Source: the human T2T-CHM13v2.0 reference genome, Homo sapiens
Length of the DNA: 64,000 nucleotides
NCBI RefSeq assembly: GCF_009914755.1
Contig: NC_060929.1
Strand: one strand, 5' to 3'
Shown here: positions 1 through 13,549 of the stretch, piece after piece
Numbering within the stretch: position 1 is the stretch's first letter
Layout of the letters: each line of letters opens with the position of its first letter
Translations under genes and position numbers: made by a program
The notes under the pieces: generated by a model
The model's input: the letters and a program-made list of their open reading frames with translations, nothing else
Database searches by the model: none
What the model was told of the DNA's origin: nothing

Positions 1-5
1 TGTCA

Positions 6-287
<282 letters not shown>

Positions 288-605
288 TCACGTTTCTTAT
301 TACTCTAACAGAGCAATACAGAAAAAACACAGCAGACATTAACATGATCTAAGAGACAGATGCCCTAGAACTCATTCCATTTCTTCAGCCCAGGAGGTTG
401 GCACCATCAACATGTTCAGAACCCACGGAGGCCGCATGGCTGGCCAGGGGGTGTGCAGCCAGCAGTGAGTCCACAGTAATCCATGTCCGCATGTTCCCTT
501 AAGCATCCTTTATGTACCTAAGAGTTTATCAAATACTTTGTCTTTTTGCTCCATGTGCTGGGAGACTACCTCAATCTTTTCTTTCAGCCTGTTTTTATTA
601 AAAAA

Positions 606-876
606 AAATTTTTTTTTTGAGACAGGGTCTGGCTATGTCACCTGGGCTGGAGTGCAGTGGTGTGATCACAGCTTGCCGGAGCCTTGACTTCCCAGGCTCA
701 ATCAATCCTCCTGCCTCAGCTTCCTGCGCTACCACCGCGCCTGGCTCATTTTTTATTTTTTTGTAGACACGTTTCACCATGTTGCCCAGGCTGTTCTAGA
801 ACTCTGGGGCTCAAGTGATCGGCCTGCCTCAGCCTCCCAAATGCTGGGATTACAGGTGTGAGGCACTGCACCTGGC
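606..876 (-). repeat. AluJ-type element
   Basis: T-run, GAGACAGGGTCT ... CCTCCCAAATGCTGGGATTACAGG. Confidence 0.9.
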
Positions 877-922
877 TTCTATTCTAATTAAAACTCGCTG
901 TCACCAACTAAATTTATGCACT

Positions 923-1273
<351 letters not shown>

Positions 1274-1627
1274 TTAATACGTACAAGGAGACAAGAGCAA
1301 GTTCTGAGCAGTGATCACAGCCATTAGCATATTCTAGTGGAGGGTAAATCAGTAAAATTTCATGGTGAATAAAAATGATTTTCCCATTCACCATGTTCAG
1401 CTGACTGGAAAGGCTGCCACCAGCCGCCTACACACGGTCCTGAACCAGCCTGTGCGCCTGCCTTGTGGAGCCTTTGTCCTTTTGCTGATGTGGTTTATCC
1501 TGAACTTGCATTTGCACCCCAAGCTTCCCTTTCTGTTGTTTTTTGCTATCATATGGGAAAAACTCTTACCAGGCAGAATCCAACACGTGTGCTCTGCACA
1601 AAAATCAGTTCATCTGAAGAACAAGTG

Positions 1628-1850
1628 ACCACAGGGCAGGCTCTATAATCAAACCACAGGGCAGGCTCTATGATACCTTTTCCAAACCACAGGGCAGGTC
1701 TGAAACGGTGGCTTACTCGTTAATAAACTGGCATTTCCTCCACAGGGCAGGTTTGAAATGGTGGCTTACTCGTTATTTAATAAACTGGCATTTCCTCCAC
1801 AGGGCAGGCTTGAAACAGTGGCTTACTCGTTATTTAATAAACTGGCATTT
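1628..1850. repeat. Compound minisatellite: CCACAGGGCAGG core x5, last three in ~53-57 bp units
   Basis: GTGGCTTACTCGTTA...ATAAACTGGCATTT repeated three times. Confidence 0.85.
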
Positions 1851-1972
1851 ACTTCCTGGTCATGCCACTCTAGCTGCACTTCTAACCTTGGCCTTCTAAC
1901 AGCAAAGCACATTGGCTTGGAGATGCCACTGCTGGCATCAGTGGATGCCGACCCAAAGCAAGGAAAAGGTCA

Positions 1973-2428
<456 letters not shown>

Positions 2429-2431
2429 CTA

Positions 2432-2626
<195 letters not shown>

Positions 2627-3832
2627 ATATTTTGATATTACAAAATATTATTTGTAAACTTTTAATCCATAGAAGCAGCCATATCAAGAACTGCTTAATT
2701 TTTAGACCTGTTGTTTTGCATTTCATTTAAAAGTTAAGTAAATTAAACAGAAAAATTAGGAAATTCAGACTATGAGTTTATTACTCCAAACTTAAAAATG
2801 AAGTTTTGACTAAAGCGTCTGAATAAATAAATGTTTCTATTACATACACATCTTAGACCCACACACATCCTTTCCAGCAGGATACAGCCAGGGTCCAGGA
2901 CTCCAAGCAGACTGCCTGTGAGGCACCATGTTCCATACAGCTCCACGGCCAACCAGGCAGTGCTGCCTCCCCACACCCCTGGCGGGACTCCTGACGCGGG
3001 GTCTGGTGGTGAACGTGACACAAGCCAGCAGCCCTGTGGTGATACACACTAGGAGGAGCTGAGCAGAGCCCTGGTGATGGTGGTGTTGGAGCCACAGGTC
3101 TTCAAGGAGAGGGAGGGGCGTGGGTGGCTGGGGCCCTAGGCCCATCTGGCTACTGTCTTCTGCCTATCTTGTAGAAGCTCCTTGTACACTGAGTTCCTTC
3201 ATAGTTTTACTGTGATGAGACATGTGCTATGCAGTGGGCCTGAAGTTTACTTAGGTATGCTGGGAACTAGGCGTCAGCTTTTGCTTCCTGTGGGACAGAC
3301 AGGCACCACCTCAGTGATCCCTCCTCCTCCTTGCTTCTCCCTCTAACTGTGCTTTGCTCCACTGACCCTAATTGTCTCTTCCTCTACCAATGCACCTTCA
3401 TGGTTTAATTTGGAAATTTCATCTGATTTTCCTTAGACTCATACATAATCGTAACACTGTAATGCACATCAACCTAATGATTTTTCAGGAAGAACAAATG
3501 AAAAAAATTGCATCTCAGAATCTAGTATTACATTCTTTCATGTCCATTAGCAGCCACGTTTTCATATCCTTTTTTTTTGTATTTCTGGTTACATTATTTC
3601 AAGGCATTTTTAATTTTTTGTTTAAAATATGAATGAGGTATTTACTGATGTCTAAGCAGATTACTGCTTGCACATTGCAAAGCTACTGATTTTTAGATAC
3701 AAATCTCTTACCCAGACACCTTACTACATTCTTGTTTTGTTTCTGTTAGTTTTTCAGTTTATTCCCTGGGAATTGTTTGGAAATTCTATCTGTAAATAAT
3801 GACAATTGTATCTATTCCTTTTCAATATTTAC

Positions 3833-4303
3833 TGCTGAGACCAGCTCGGTTGTGGAGACCCTAACCCAGTGGTGCTAGAGGAATTAAAGACACACACACA
3901 GAAATACAGCATGTGAAGTGGGAAATCAGGGGTCTCACAGCCTTCAGAGCTGAGAGCCTTGAACAGAGATTTACCCACATATTTATTGACAGCAAGCCAG
4001 TGGTAAGATTTACTAAAAGTATTCCTTATGGGAAACAAAGGGACGGGCTCTGGCTAGTTATCTGCAGCAGGAGCATGTCCTTAAGGCACAGATCACTCAT
4101 GCTATTGTTTGTGGTTTAAGAACGCCTTAAACGGTTTTCCACCCTGGGTGGGCCAGGTGTCCCTTGCCCTCATTCTGGTAAACCGACAATCTTCCAGCAT
4201 GGGCGTCATGGCCATCACGAGCATGTCACAGTGCTGCAGAGATTTTGTTTATGGCCAGTTTTGGAGCCAGTTTATGGCCACATTGGGGGGCCTGTTCCCA
4301 ACA
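3833..4303 (-). mobile_element. 3' LTR (MER9)
   Basis: TG...CA termini; preceded on minus by PPT AAAACAAAGGGGACA; AATAAA near 3983-3988. Confidence 0.92.
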
Positions 4304-4329
4304 TGTCCCCTTTGTTTTGCAAAGCGATA

Positions 4330-5420
4330 AAAGCAAAGGCAGCTTTGTCATGGTGGGCTACTTCTTGCAGAGTCAGGATCCACATCTGCAGACTATACAA
4401 AGACAACACAGATTAAAAGCACAATCTTCATTGAAATCACAGAGCTTCCAAGTGTTTTTATCCATTTTAATGGGTTACCAGCTGCTAATCTGTCTGCAGC
4501 TCCTTCAAGCACTCCAGTTCCTGGCATTAAGGTCAGGTGTGCCGGGATGCTTCAAATATCTGTTCTTTCAATTTTGCAATATCCAAAGACAAGTTTGTAG
4601 AGTGTCCTTCTCGATGCTTTTTTATTCTTTCCCAAATTTTGATCTTATTAAGAGCTATTAACAGTTTCCACAAATCCTTATGTTTAGCTCCTACAAAGGG
4701 CCATATCATTTGAGGTTGAGGTGCCACTACACCGCCATGGTTCCAGATAATAGGAATTCTTGCCGTATTTCTTATCATTTCTACCATCTGACCATTTTGT
4801 TCAGACCAGCTGAACATAGTGGGGCTGTGGCACACAGACTGAGAGGTGCAATTCAAGCTAAACATCCCCGTAGGGGATCAATCAATAATGATTCCATAGG
4901 AATCGTTGCCAGCACCCCTGCCTGTTCTGCAATGCAATCTTCCCAAACATGTACGTTCATTTTCTCTGACTGGGTCCAATCCTGTTTACAGATAGGTTTT
5001 TGAGGGCGGTATGCCTCAATTATAGGAGCAGATTTATCATGGTAAATACTGAGATCAGAAAGCATGTGTAACTGTGTCATAGAGTGATTACATCCAGGCA
5101 TTCTTGCCAGCCAAGATTGATAAATATGCCCAGTAAGTATAATTGTTCTCTGTGTCAGCCCTTGTTGAAGGAATACTCATGGCAATGGTGATCACCACTA
5201 TCATAGCTACCATTAAATTACTCATTTTGACTGGTTGTCCCACTTACCTCAGGTTTTCTTCTGCCATCTGTGACAGCTTCTTGATCTGACCTCAGGTGGA
5301 TGGCTGTGTTTGACGGGTGTTGCTCGTGACAGTTGGGGTCCTCCTCAGCATCAGTCTTGACATGGCTGCAACTGGGGGGGTCCTCGGGATCCTCCCGGAA
5401 TCTCTTCCTCAGCATTCGCT
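4330..5420 (-). pseudogene. env: Internally deleted env remnant
   Basis: HML-type fragments NVHVWEDCIAEQ and NLSLDIAKLKEQIFEAS; only ~1.1 kb long. Confidence 0.75.
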
Positions 5421-5432
5421 CATGATAAGGTT

Positions 5433-8400
5433 TCAGGTGTCTTGATGGTTCAGTCCTGGAGAAACATAAGCATAACCTCTACCCCAAGTTATTATTTTAC
5501 CTATTTCCCAACTTTCTGTTATCAGGTCTCTCCACCAAACCAGTTGTTCTGCTTCTGTCTTTGCAGCTGGTTTCTGTAGATGCTGTTCAGCTGCTGATAA
5601 GATCCGGCCTTTAGGCAGGCTCAAAAAATTTAAAGTTAATAATGCGATTCAATTGCTTATGGGGTGTCCTGTAGTACCTGTTTTCCCCCTTTTGCTTCTG
5701 CAACTGCTGTTTCAGGGAGAGATTCATTCTTTCCACTATGGCTTGTCCTTCAGAATTATATGGGATATCAGTAATGTGTTTAATATTCCGTATAGAGAAA
5801 AATTTAGCTAGAGCTTGAGAATTAGGTTCCAATCCTCGAGGATTAACTCCTCCTGTAAAAGATGAGGAATGTACCATTTGGCAAGTTGGGCATCGCTGGA
5901 TAATAGCTTTAGCTTCTTTCCAGGTACTGCTGTATCTGCGTTTGAGACCAGAGGTATTAACACGGGTTAAATTGTGAAAGTGTCCAGCATTAGATATTGC
6001 AGTAGCAACTAGGCGATCAGCCATTTGATTCCCTGCAGTCAAAGGTCCTGGAAGAGGTGTATGAGCCCTAATGTGAGTGATGTAAAAAGGGTGCATTCTA
6101 CTCCTAACTGCTGTTTGCAATTGCATAAATAAAGTCATCAGTTGTTCATCTGTATGAAATCGTAACTCAGCATTTTCAATTAATTGTGTCGAATGAACCA
6201 CATATGAAGAATCAGAAATCACATTAATAGGCATATTAAAAGCAGTCAATACCTCAATTACAGCTACAAGCTCCGTTTTTTGAGCTGAAGCATAGGGTGT
6301 CTGGAAAACTTTACCTTTCAAGCCAGAGTAAGAAGCTTTACCATTACTAGACCCATCTGTAAAAACATTCTCCACACGTTCAATTGGTTTAGTTATTTTA
6401 GGGAGAATACAATTAGTTAATTTCAAAAATTGAAACAGTTTCATTTTAGGAAAATGATTATCGAGAATACCCAAAAAGTCAGCTAAATGGGTTTGCCAAG
6501 TAAGACTATTTATAAAATCTTGCTGTATTTGTGCCTTCGTGAGAGGGACAATTTTTTCAGGATCATATCCATGTAATTTAACAATCCGAGTTCTCCCATT
6601 TCCTATCATAGTAGCAATTTGATCCAAATAAGGAGTTAGAGGCCATGAATTAGTATGTGGAAGAAAAAGCCATTCTACAAGATCTTGCTCTTGAACAATA
6701 ACACCAGTAGCTGAATGTGGAGTTGGAAAAATTAGCAAATCTAGAGTCTTCTCTGGATCTATTCTATTTATTTGGGCTTTATGGACTTGCTTTTAGATCA
6801 GCTGCATCTCGAGTCTTCTCTGGATCTATTCTATTGATTTGGGCTTTATGGCCTTGCTTTTCAATCAGCTGCAGCTCGAGTCTTCTCTGGATCAATTCTA
6901 TTCATTTGGGCTTTATGGCCTTGCTTTTTGATCAGCTGCAGCTCGAGTTTTCTCTGCATCTATTCTATTGATTTGAGTTTTATGGCCTTGCTTTTCGATC
7001 AGCTGCAGCTCGAGTCTTCTCTGGATCTATTCCATTTATTTGGGCTTTATGGCCTTGCTTTTTGATCAGCTGCAGCTCGAGTCTTCTCTGGATCTATTCT
7101 ATTTATTTGGGCTTTATGGCCTTGCTTTTCGATCAGCTGCAGCTCGAGTCTTCTCTGGATCGATTCTATTGATTTGAGCTTTATGGCCTTGCTTTTCAAT
7201 GAGCTGCAGCTCGAGTCTTCTCTGGATCGATTCTATTGATTTGGGCTTTATGGCCTTGCTTTTCGATCAGCTGCAGCTCAAGTCTTCTCTGGATCGATTC
7301 TATTTATTTGGGCTTTATGGCCTTGCTTTTTGATCAGCTGCAGCTTGAGTCTTCTCTGCATCGATTCTATTGATTTGGGCTTTATGTCCTTGCTTTTTGA
7401 TGAGATGCAGCTCGAGTCTTCTCTGGATCATTTCTATTTATTTGGGCTTTATGGCCTTGCTTTTCGATCAGCTGCAGCTCGAGTCTTCTCTGGATCGTTT
7501 CTATTTATTTGGGCTTTATGGCCTTGCTTTTCGATCAGCTGCAGCTCGAGTCTTCTCTGGATCGATTCTATTTATTTGGGCTTTATGGACTTGCTTTTCG
7601 ATTAGCTGCAGCTCTGCCTCAGCTTCTCTTGTTAATTACCGAGGGCTGGTGAGACTAGGATCTCCTCTAAGGATAGAAAACAGATTACTCATGGCATAGG
7701 TAGGAATGCCTAGAGCAGGTTGTATCCAGTTAATGTCCCCTAGTAATTTTTGAAAGTCATTTAATGTTTTCAATTGATCCCTACGTATGGCTACTTTCTG
7801 TGGCACAATGGTAGTGTCATTTACTAAGGTTCCCAAGTAGGAGTAAGGAGTAGTAATCTGAATTTTGTCAGGAGCTATAATTTAACCAGCACCAGAAATT
7901 GAATTTTGCAAGTGATCATAACACTGGAGTAATATTTCTTGAGTAGGGGCAGCACAAAGTATATCATTCATATAATGAATAATGTAACACAGTGAAAATG
8001 TTTTACGAGGAGGTTCAATTGCTTGCCCTACACAAATCCGGCAAATCGTTGGACTGTTTAACGTGCCTTGTGGCAACACTTTCCAATGAAAACGCTTAGT
8101 AGGCTGCAGGTTGTTTACTGCAGGAATTGTAAATGCAAACCGTTCACAGTCTTGCTCAGCTAAGGGGATAGTAAAGAAACAGTCTTTTAAATCTATGACT
8201 ATTAAAGGCCAATTTTTTGGAATCATAGCAGGAGAAGGCAATCCTGGCTGTAATGTCCCCATAGGTTGTATAACTGAATTAATGGCTCTTAAGTCAGTTA
8301 ACATTCTCCATTTACCTGATTTTTTCTTAATTACGAAAATTGAAGAATTCCAAGGGGAAAATGTTGGAGCTATGTGTCCCTTTTCTAATTGTTCATTAAC

Positions 8401-8520
8401 TAAGTCCTCTAAAGCCTCCAGTTTCTCTTTACTCAGCGGCCATTGTTCCATCCAAATTGGCTTATATGTTAACCATTTTAAAGGTATAGGTTCTGGAAGC
8501 TTAACAATGGCTGCCATCAA
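5433..8520 (-). pseudogene. pol: Retroviral pol remnant (RT, RNase H, integrase)
   Basis: [20 protein letters not shown] (mutated YMDD), FTDGSSNG, QRCPTCQ; stops, a VNTR expansion and an integrase deletion. Confidence 0.93.
6744..7614. repeat. 13 x 67-bp tandem array inside pol
   Basis: GAGTCTTCTC-type unit start recurs at 6744, 6811, 6878 ... 7548 with exact period 67. Confidence 0.96.
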
Positions 8521-9350
8521 GAATAATATCCTAAACCTTGGCAGGAACTGTCTTTCCACTTGAAGTGGTTCTTTCAAACCTTGCAAATTTTTTCCTAGTC
8601 CCATACCAGGGACATACCCCATTTCATGCATCATATGCTGACTTTGAGGGCTATATAATTGCTCTGGAATTAGAACTTGTGCTCCCCATTGTTGTAATAA
8701 ATCTCTTCCCCATAAATTTATAGGTACAGAAGTTATAATTGGTTGAATAGTCCCAGGTTGTCCATTGGACCCTTCACAATGGAAATATAACTACTTTGAT
8801 ATACTTCAGGGGCTTTACCAACTCCAACTATGTTAAATTGAGCAGGTTGAATTGGCCACGCGGATGGCCAGTGCTGTAGAGAAATGATTGAAATCTCCGC
8901 TCCTGCATCTACCAAACCTTAAATTTCTTTCCCTGAATAGTTATTTCACAGGTAGGACGTTTATCAGTAATTTGATTCACCCAATAAGCTGCTTTGCTTT
9001 GTATATTTGTACTTCCTCCTGTTCGTTTAGTTTCACTTTTCCCCATTTCCACATATGGCACAATCAGGAGCTGTGCTATATGCTCTCTTGGCTCTGTTTT
9101 CCAGGGAACAGAAGTAGATATAACACTTTTGAGTTTCCCCACTGTAATCTGAATCAATGACTCCTGTGTGTATTTGTACTCCTTTTAAACTTAAACTAGA
9201 CCTTCCTAAAAGTAATCCTATTGTCCCCGCTGGCAAGGGTCCACAGACTCCTGCTGGGACCTTTGGTGGGGGTTCCCCAGGCAGAAGTCTCACAGCTAAT
9301 GTGCAGCATAAATCTACTGTGGCACTACTGGCTGTGGCGGGGAACAGACA
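8520..9350 (-). pseudogene. pro: Betaretroviral dUTPase-protease (with G-patch) remnant
   Basis: GLLLGRSS and GVIDSDY dUTPase motifs; VDAGA protease-site remnant; [16 protein letters not shown]-patch. Confidence 0.88.
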
Positions 9351-9399
9351 TTGTACAGGGGTGAGGGAATGGCCTGAGCCGGAAACGCTCCGGTTTGGA

Positions 9400-10710
9400 A
9401 CGGGACCCAGGACGGGCCCCTCATGGCATTTCCCAAAATCGAGTTCCCATCTTTATCAAACTTAGAGTGACACTGATTAGCCCAACGTTTTCCTTTTTTA
9501 CATTTTGGACATATTTCAGGCTCAGCAGTTTTCTTTTTTCCCCTATCTGGCAGCCTGACTCACTCATTTTTTCTACGTTCTTGTTTAGTATGACCATGCT
9601 TCCCACAGTTAAAACAAGCTCCAGGCAACAAAGGATTTCCTTTATCCACTCTCAGTCCTGCCATTGCCTGTACCAACAAAGTAGCTTTATGCATATTACC
9701 TCTGATACCGTCACAGGCCTTGATATAATCAACTAAGTGTGCGTTCCCTCTGATAGGTCACAGAGCAGCCTGGCAATCGGGATTAGCATTGTCGAAAGCT
9801 GATAACTGCAGCACTATATCCTGAGCAGCCGAATCTGCAATCACCTTTTTAAGAGACTCCTGTAACTGAGCTATAAAATCTGCGTACGGTTCTTTTGGTC
9901 CCTGTTTTACTGCACTAAAGGAAGGGTATTGTTCTCCACCTGAAGTGATTTTTTCCCAAGCTCTAATGCACACTCCTCTAAGCTGTTCTACGGCATCATC
10001 CTGCACGACCACTTGTGCATCTAAACCAACCCAGCCGCTGACCCCCAAAAGTTGGTCTGCAGTTATATTAATTTGAGGTTGGGCCTGGGCGCTGCAAGTA
10101 GGCTGAATGGAAGCTTCACCTGCCCACCAAGTTTTACATTGTAAGAACTGAGCAGGAGTTAGACAAGCTCGAGTAAGAGTGTCCGTCAGTAGGAATCATC
10201 TGACTGGAAACAGCAACATTCTTTAACAGTCCCATTACGAAATGAGAACCTGGTCCATATTGATTGATAGCCTGTTTAAACTCCTTAAGTAATTTAAAGG
10301 GAAAAGGCTCAAATGTGGCTATATTTCCCTGTTGATCTGCGGGGTGTATTCTAATAGGGAACTGCCAAGCCTCTAAATCACCCTCTCATCTAGCTTGCTG
10401 AATTCCTACCTGAATAGAACTGAGAGGGGTCGCTCAAGGTGCTGCTCGGACAGTCACTGGAGCAACTACTTTTCGCCCACTGTCCTCTGGAAATGAAAGA
10501 TCTGGAGGGTCAGGCCACTCTTTTTCTTCAAAATAAGGAGGGGGTGCAGAAGGGTAGGGATGAACCTCTCCCTCCTTTGCCGCTTTAGCTTTAGTTGGCA
10601 AACAAACCTGCTCTGTTATTTCTTCTGTTACTTCGTTATACTCTCCTTCCCCCTTATTATTAGCGTGAAAAGGTTCCAAGGTGGAACGAACCAGAGCCCA
10701 CACGTCCCAT
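9400..10710 (-). pseudogene. gag: Retroviral gag remnant
   Basis: PSAP/PPPY late-domain motifs (YPSAPPPY), major homology region VKQGPKEPYADFIAQL, zinc-knuckle remnants; frameshifted. Confidence 0.88.
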
Positions 10711-10997
10711 TGTTACCCTGATGCTTCCGAGCTCCCCTTCTTACTCACCATGGGGACTGTGTAAGAGTACTCAGTGTCCTCCAGCTTAGAACCAGAGCCC
10801 ACACGTGTCCCATTGTTACCCTGATGCTTCCGAGCTCCCTTTCTTACACACCATGGGGACTGGGTAAGAGTACTTGGGTGTCCTCCGGCTTAGAACCAGA
10901 GCCCACACGTGTCCCATTGTTACCCTGATGCTTCTGAGCTCCCCTTCTTACTCACCATGGGGACTGCATAAGAGTACTCGGTGTCCTCCAGCTTAGT
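10689..10997. repeat. Triplication of a ~101-104 bp proviral leader segment
   Basis: AACCAGAGCCCACACG starts at 10689, 10790 and 10894. Confidence 0.93.
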
Positions 10998-11043
10998 TCC
11001 AAGTTTTCTGTCGCTCCGGTGACCCTTCGACCTGGATTCGAGC

Positions 11044-11061
11044 CCCCATGTGTGGGCGCCA
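11044..11061 (-). promoter_or_regulatory. tRNA-Lys primer binding site
   Basis: TGGCGCCCACACATGGGG(GCTCGAA) just after the 5' LTR, resembling the Lys(CUU) PBS TGGCGCCCAACGTGGGGC. Confidence 0.8.
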
Positions 11062-11063
11062 CT

Positions 11064-13549
11064 TGCTGAGACCAGCTCGGTTGTGGAGACCCTAACCCAG
11101 CGGCACTAGAGGAATTAAAGACACACGCACAGAAATATAGGATGTAGAGTGGGAAATCAGGGGTCTCACAGCCTTCAGAGTTGAGAGCCTTGAACAGAGA
11201 TTTACCCACATATTTATTGAGAGCAAGCCAGTCATAAGATTTACTAAAAGTATTCCTTACGGGAAACAAAGGGATGGGCTCTGGCTAGTTATCTGCAGCA
11301 AGAGCATGTCCTTAAGGCACAGATCGCTCATGCTATTGTTTGTGGTTTAAGAATGCCTTAAGAGACCCTCTCTAAAACAAACAAACAGCTCTCCCCTCTC
11401 CCCTCTTTCCACGGTCTCCCTCTGATGCCGAGCCAAAGCTGGACTGTACTGCTGCCATCTCGGCTCACTGCAGCCTCCCTGCCTGATTCTCCTGCCTCAG
11501 CCTGCCGAGTGCCTGCGATGGCGGGCACACGCCGCCACGCCTGACTGGTTTTCGTGTTTTTTGGGTGGAGACGGGGTTTCGCTGTGTTGGCCGGGCTGGT
11601 CTCCAGCTCCTAGCCGCGAGTGATCTGCCAGCCTTGGCCTCCCGAGGTGCCGGGATTGCAGATGGAGTCTCCTTCACTCGGTGCTCAATGGTGCCCAGGC
11701 TGGAGTGCAGTGGCGTGATCTCGGCTCGCTGCAACATCCACCTCCCAGCGGCCTGCCTTGGCCTCCCAAAGTGCCGAGATTGCAGCCTCTGCCCGGCCGC
11801 CACCCCGTCTGGGAAGTGAGGAGCGTCTCTGCCTGGCCGCCCATCGTCTGGGATGTGAGGAGCCCCTCTGCCTGGCTGCCCAGTCTGGAAAGTGAGGAGC
11901 GTCTCTGCCCAGCCGCCATCCCATCTAGGAAGTGAGGAGCGCCTCTTCCCGGCCGCCATCCCATCTAGGAAGTGAGGAGCGTCTCTGCCCGGCCGCCCAT
12001 TGTCTGAGATGTGGGGAGCGCCTCTGCCCTGTCGCCCATTGTCTGAGATGTGGGGAGCGCCTCTGCCCTGTCGCCCCGTCCGGGATGTGAGGAGCATCTT
12101 GGCCCGGCTGCCCCGTCGGAGAAGTGAGGAGACCCTCTGCCTGGCAACCGCCCTGTCTGAGAAGTGAGGAGCCCCTCCGCCCAGCAGCCGCCCTGTCTGA
12201 GAAGTGAGGAGCCCCTCCGCCCGGCAGCCACCCCGTCTGGGAAGTGAGGAGCGTCTCCGCCAGGCAGCCACCCCGTCCGGGAGGGAGGTGGGAGGGTCAG
12301 CCCCCTGCCTGGCCAGCCACCCCGTCCAGGAGGGAGGTGGGGGGGGTCAGCCCCCCGCCCGGCCAGCCGCCCTGTCTGGGAGGTGAGGGGCGCCTCTGCC
12401 CAGCCGCCCCTACTGGGAAGTGAGGAGCCCCTCTGCCCGGCCAGCCGCCCCGTCCGGGAGGGAGGTAGGGGGGGTCAGCCCCCCGCCTGGCCAGCCGCCC
12501 TGTCCGGGAGGGAGCGGGGGGGGGTCAGCCCCCTGCCCAGCCAGCCGCCCCATCCGGGAGGTGAGGGGCGCCTCTGCCCGGCCACCCCTACTGGGAAGTG
12601 ACGAGCCCCTCTGCCCGGCCAGCCGCCCCGTCCGGGAGGGAGGTGGGGGGGTCAGCCCCCCGCCCGGCCAGCCGCCCCGTCTGGGAGGGAGGTGGGGGGG
12701 TCAGCCCCCCGCCCGGCCAGCCACCCCGTCCGGGAGGTGAGGGGCGCCTCTGCCCGGCCGCCCCTACTGGGAAGTGAGGAGCCCCTCTGCCCGGCCACCA
12801 CCCCGTCTGGGAGGTGTACCCAACAGCTCATTGAGAACGGGCCATGATGACAATGGCGGTTTTGTGGAATAGAAAGGGGGGAAAGGTGGGGAAAAGATTG
12901 AGAAATCGGATGGTTGCTGTGTCTGTGTAGAAAGAGGTAGACATGGGAGACTTTTCATTTTGTTCTGTACTAAGAAAAATTCTTCTGCCTTGGGATCCTG
13001 TTGATCTGTGACGTTATCCCCAACCCTGTGCTCTCTGAAACATGTGCTGTGTCCACTCAGGGTTAAATGGATTAAGGGCGGTGCAAGATGTGCTTTTTTA
13101 AACAGACGCTTGAAGGCAGCATGCTCATTAAGAGTCATCACCACTCCCTAATCTCAAGTACCCAGGGACACAAACACTGCGGAAGGCCACAGGGTCCTCT
13201 GCCCAGGAAAACCAGAGACCTTTGTTCACTTGTTTATCTGCTGACCTTCCCTCCACTATTGTCCTGTGACCCTGCCAAATCCCCCTCTGCGAGAAACACC
13301 CAAGAATGATCAATTAAAAAAAAAAAGTTGAAAAACAAACAAACAAACAAACAAACAAAAAAAAGAATGCCTTAAGCAGTTTTCCGCCCTGGGTGGGCCA
13401 GGTGTTCCTTGCCCTCATTCTGGTAAACTGACAACCTTCCAGTGTGGGCATCATGGCCATCAAGAGCATGTCACTGTGCTGCAGAGATTTTGTTGTTATG
13501 GCCAGTTTTGAGCCAGTTTATGGCCACATTTGGGGCCCTGTTCCCAACA
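11064..13549 (-). mobile_element. 5' LTR (MER9), split by the SVA insertion
   Basis: Collinear with the 3' LTR over 11064-11362 and 13377-13549; about 30 substitutions by eye (~6-7%). Confidence 0.92.
11388..13327 (+). mobile_element. Near full-length SVA retrotransposon
   Basis: Short CCCTCT-like head, antisense Alu-like domain, GC-rich VNTR (~11780-12810), SINE-R, poly(A); outer TSD AAGAATGCCTTAAG at 11349-11362 and 13363-13376. Confidence 0.96.

Larger units (their letters stand above)
3833..13549 (-). mobile_element. HERV-K(HML-3)/HERVK9 provirus with MER9 LTRs, defective
   Basis: Two ~470-bp LTRs (TGTTGGGAACAGG...CTCAGCA); 6-bp TSD ATTTAC at 3827-3832 and 13550-13555; PBS, polypurine tract, gag-pro-pol-env remnants. 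Confidence 0.92.

Noticed and set aside
5611-6738. 375-aa ORF as a functional RNase H/integrase
   Set aside because: TTG start, integrase catalytic aspartate region deleted, frameshifted C-terminus.
6738-7636. The 12 extra 67-bp units (804 nt) preserve the net pol reading frame
   Set aside because: This has a one-in-three chance of occurring; the array contains minus-strand stops, and pol is broken elsewhere (TAA at 7636, YMND, integrase deletion).
11465-13313. Multiple ORFs up to 268 aa
   Set aside because: Translations of the SVA Alu-like, VNTR and SINE-R domains.
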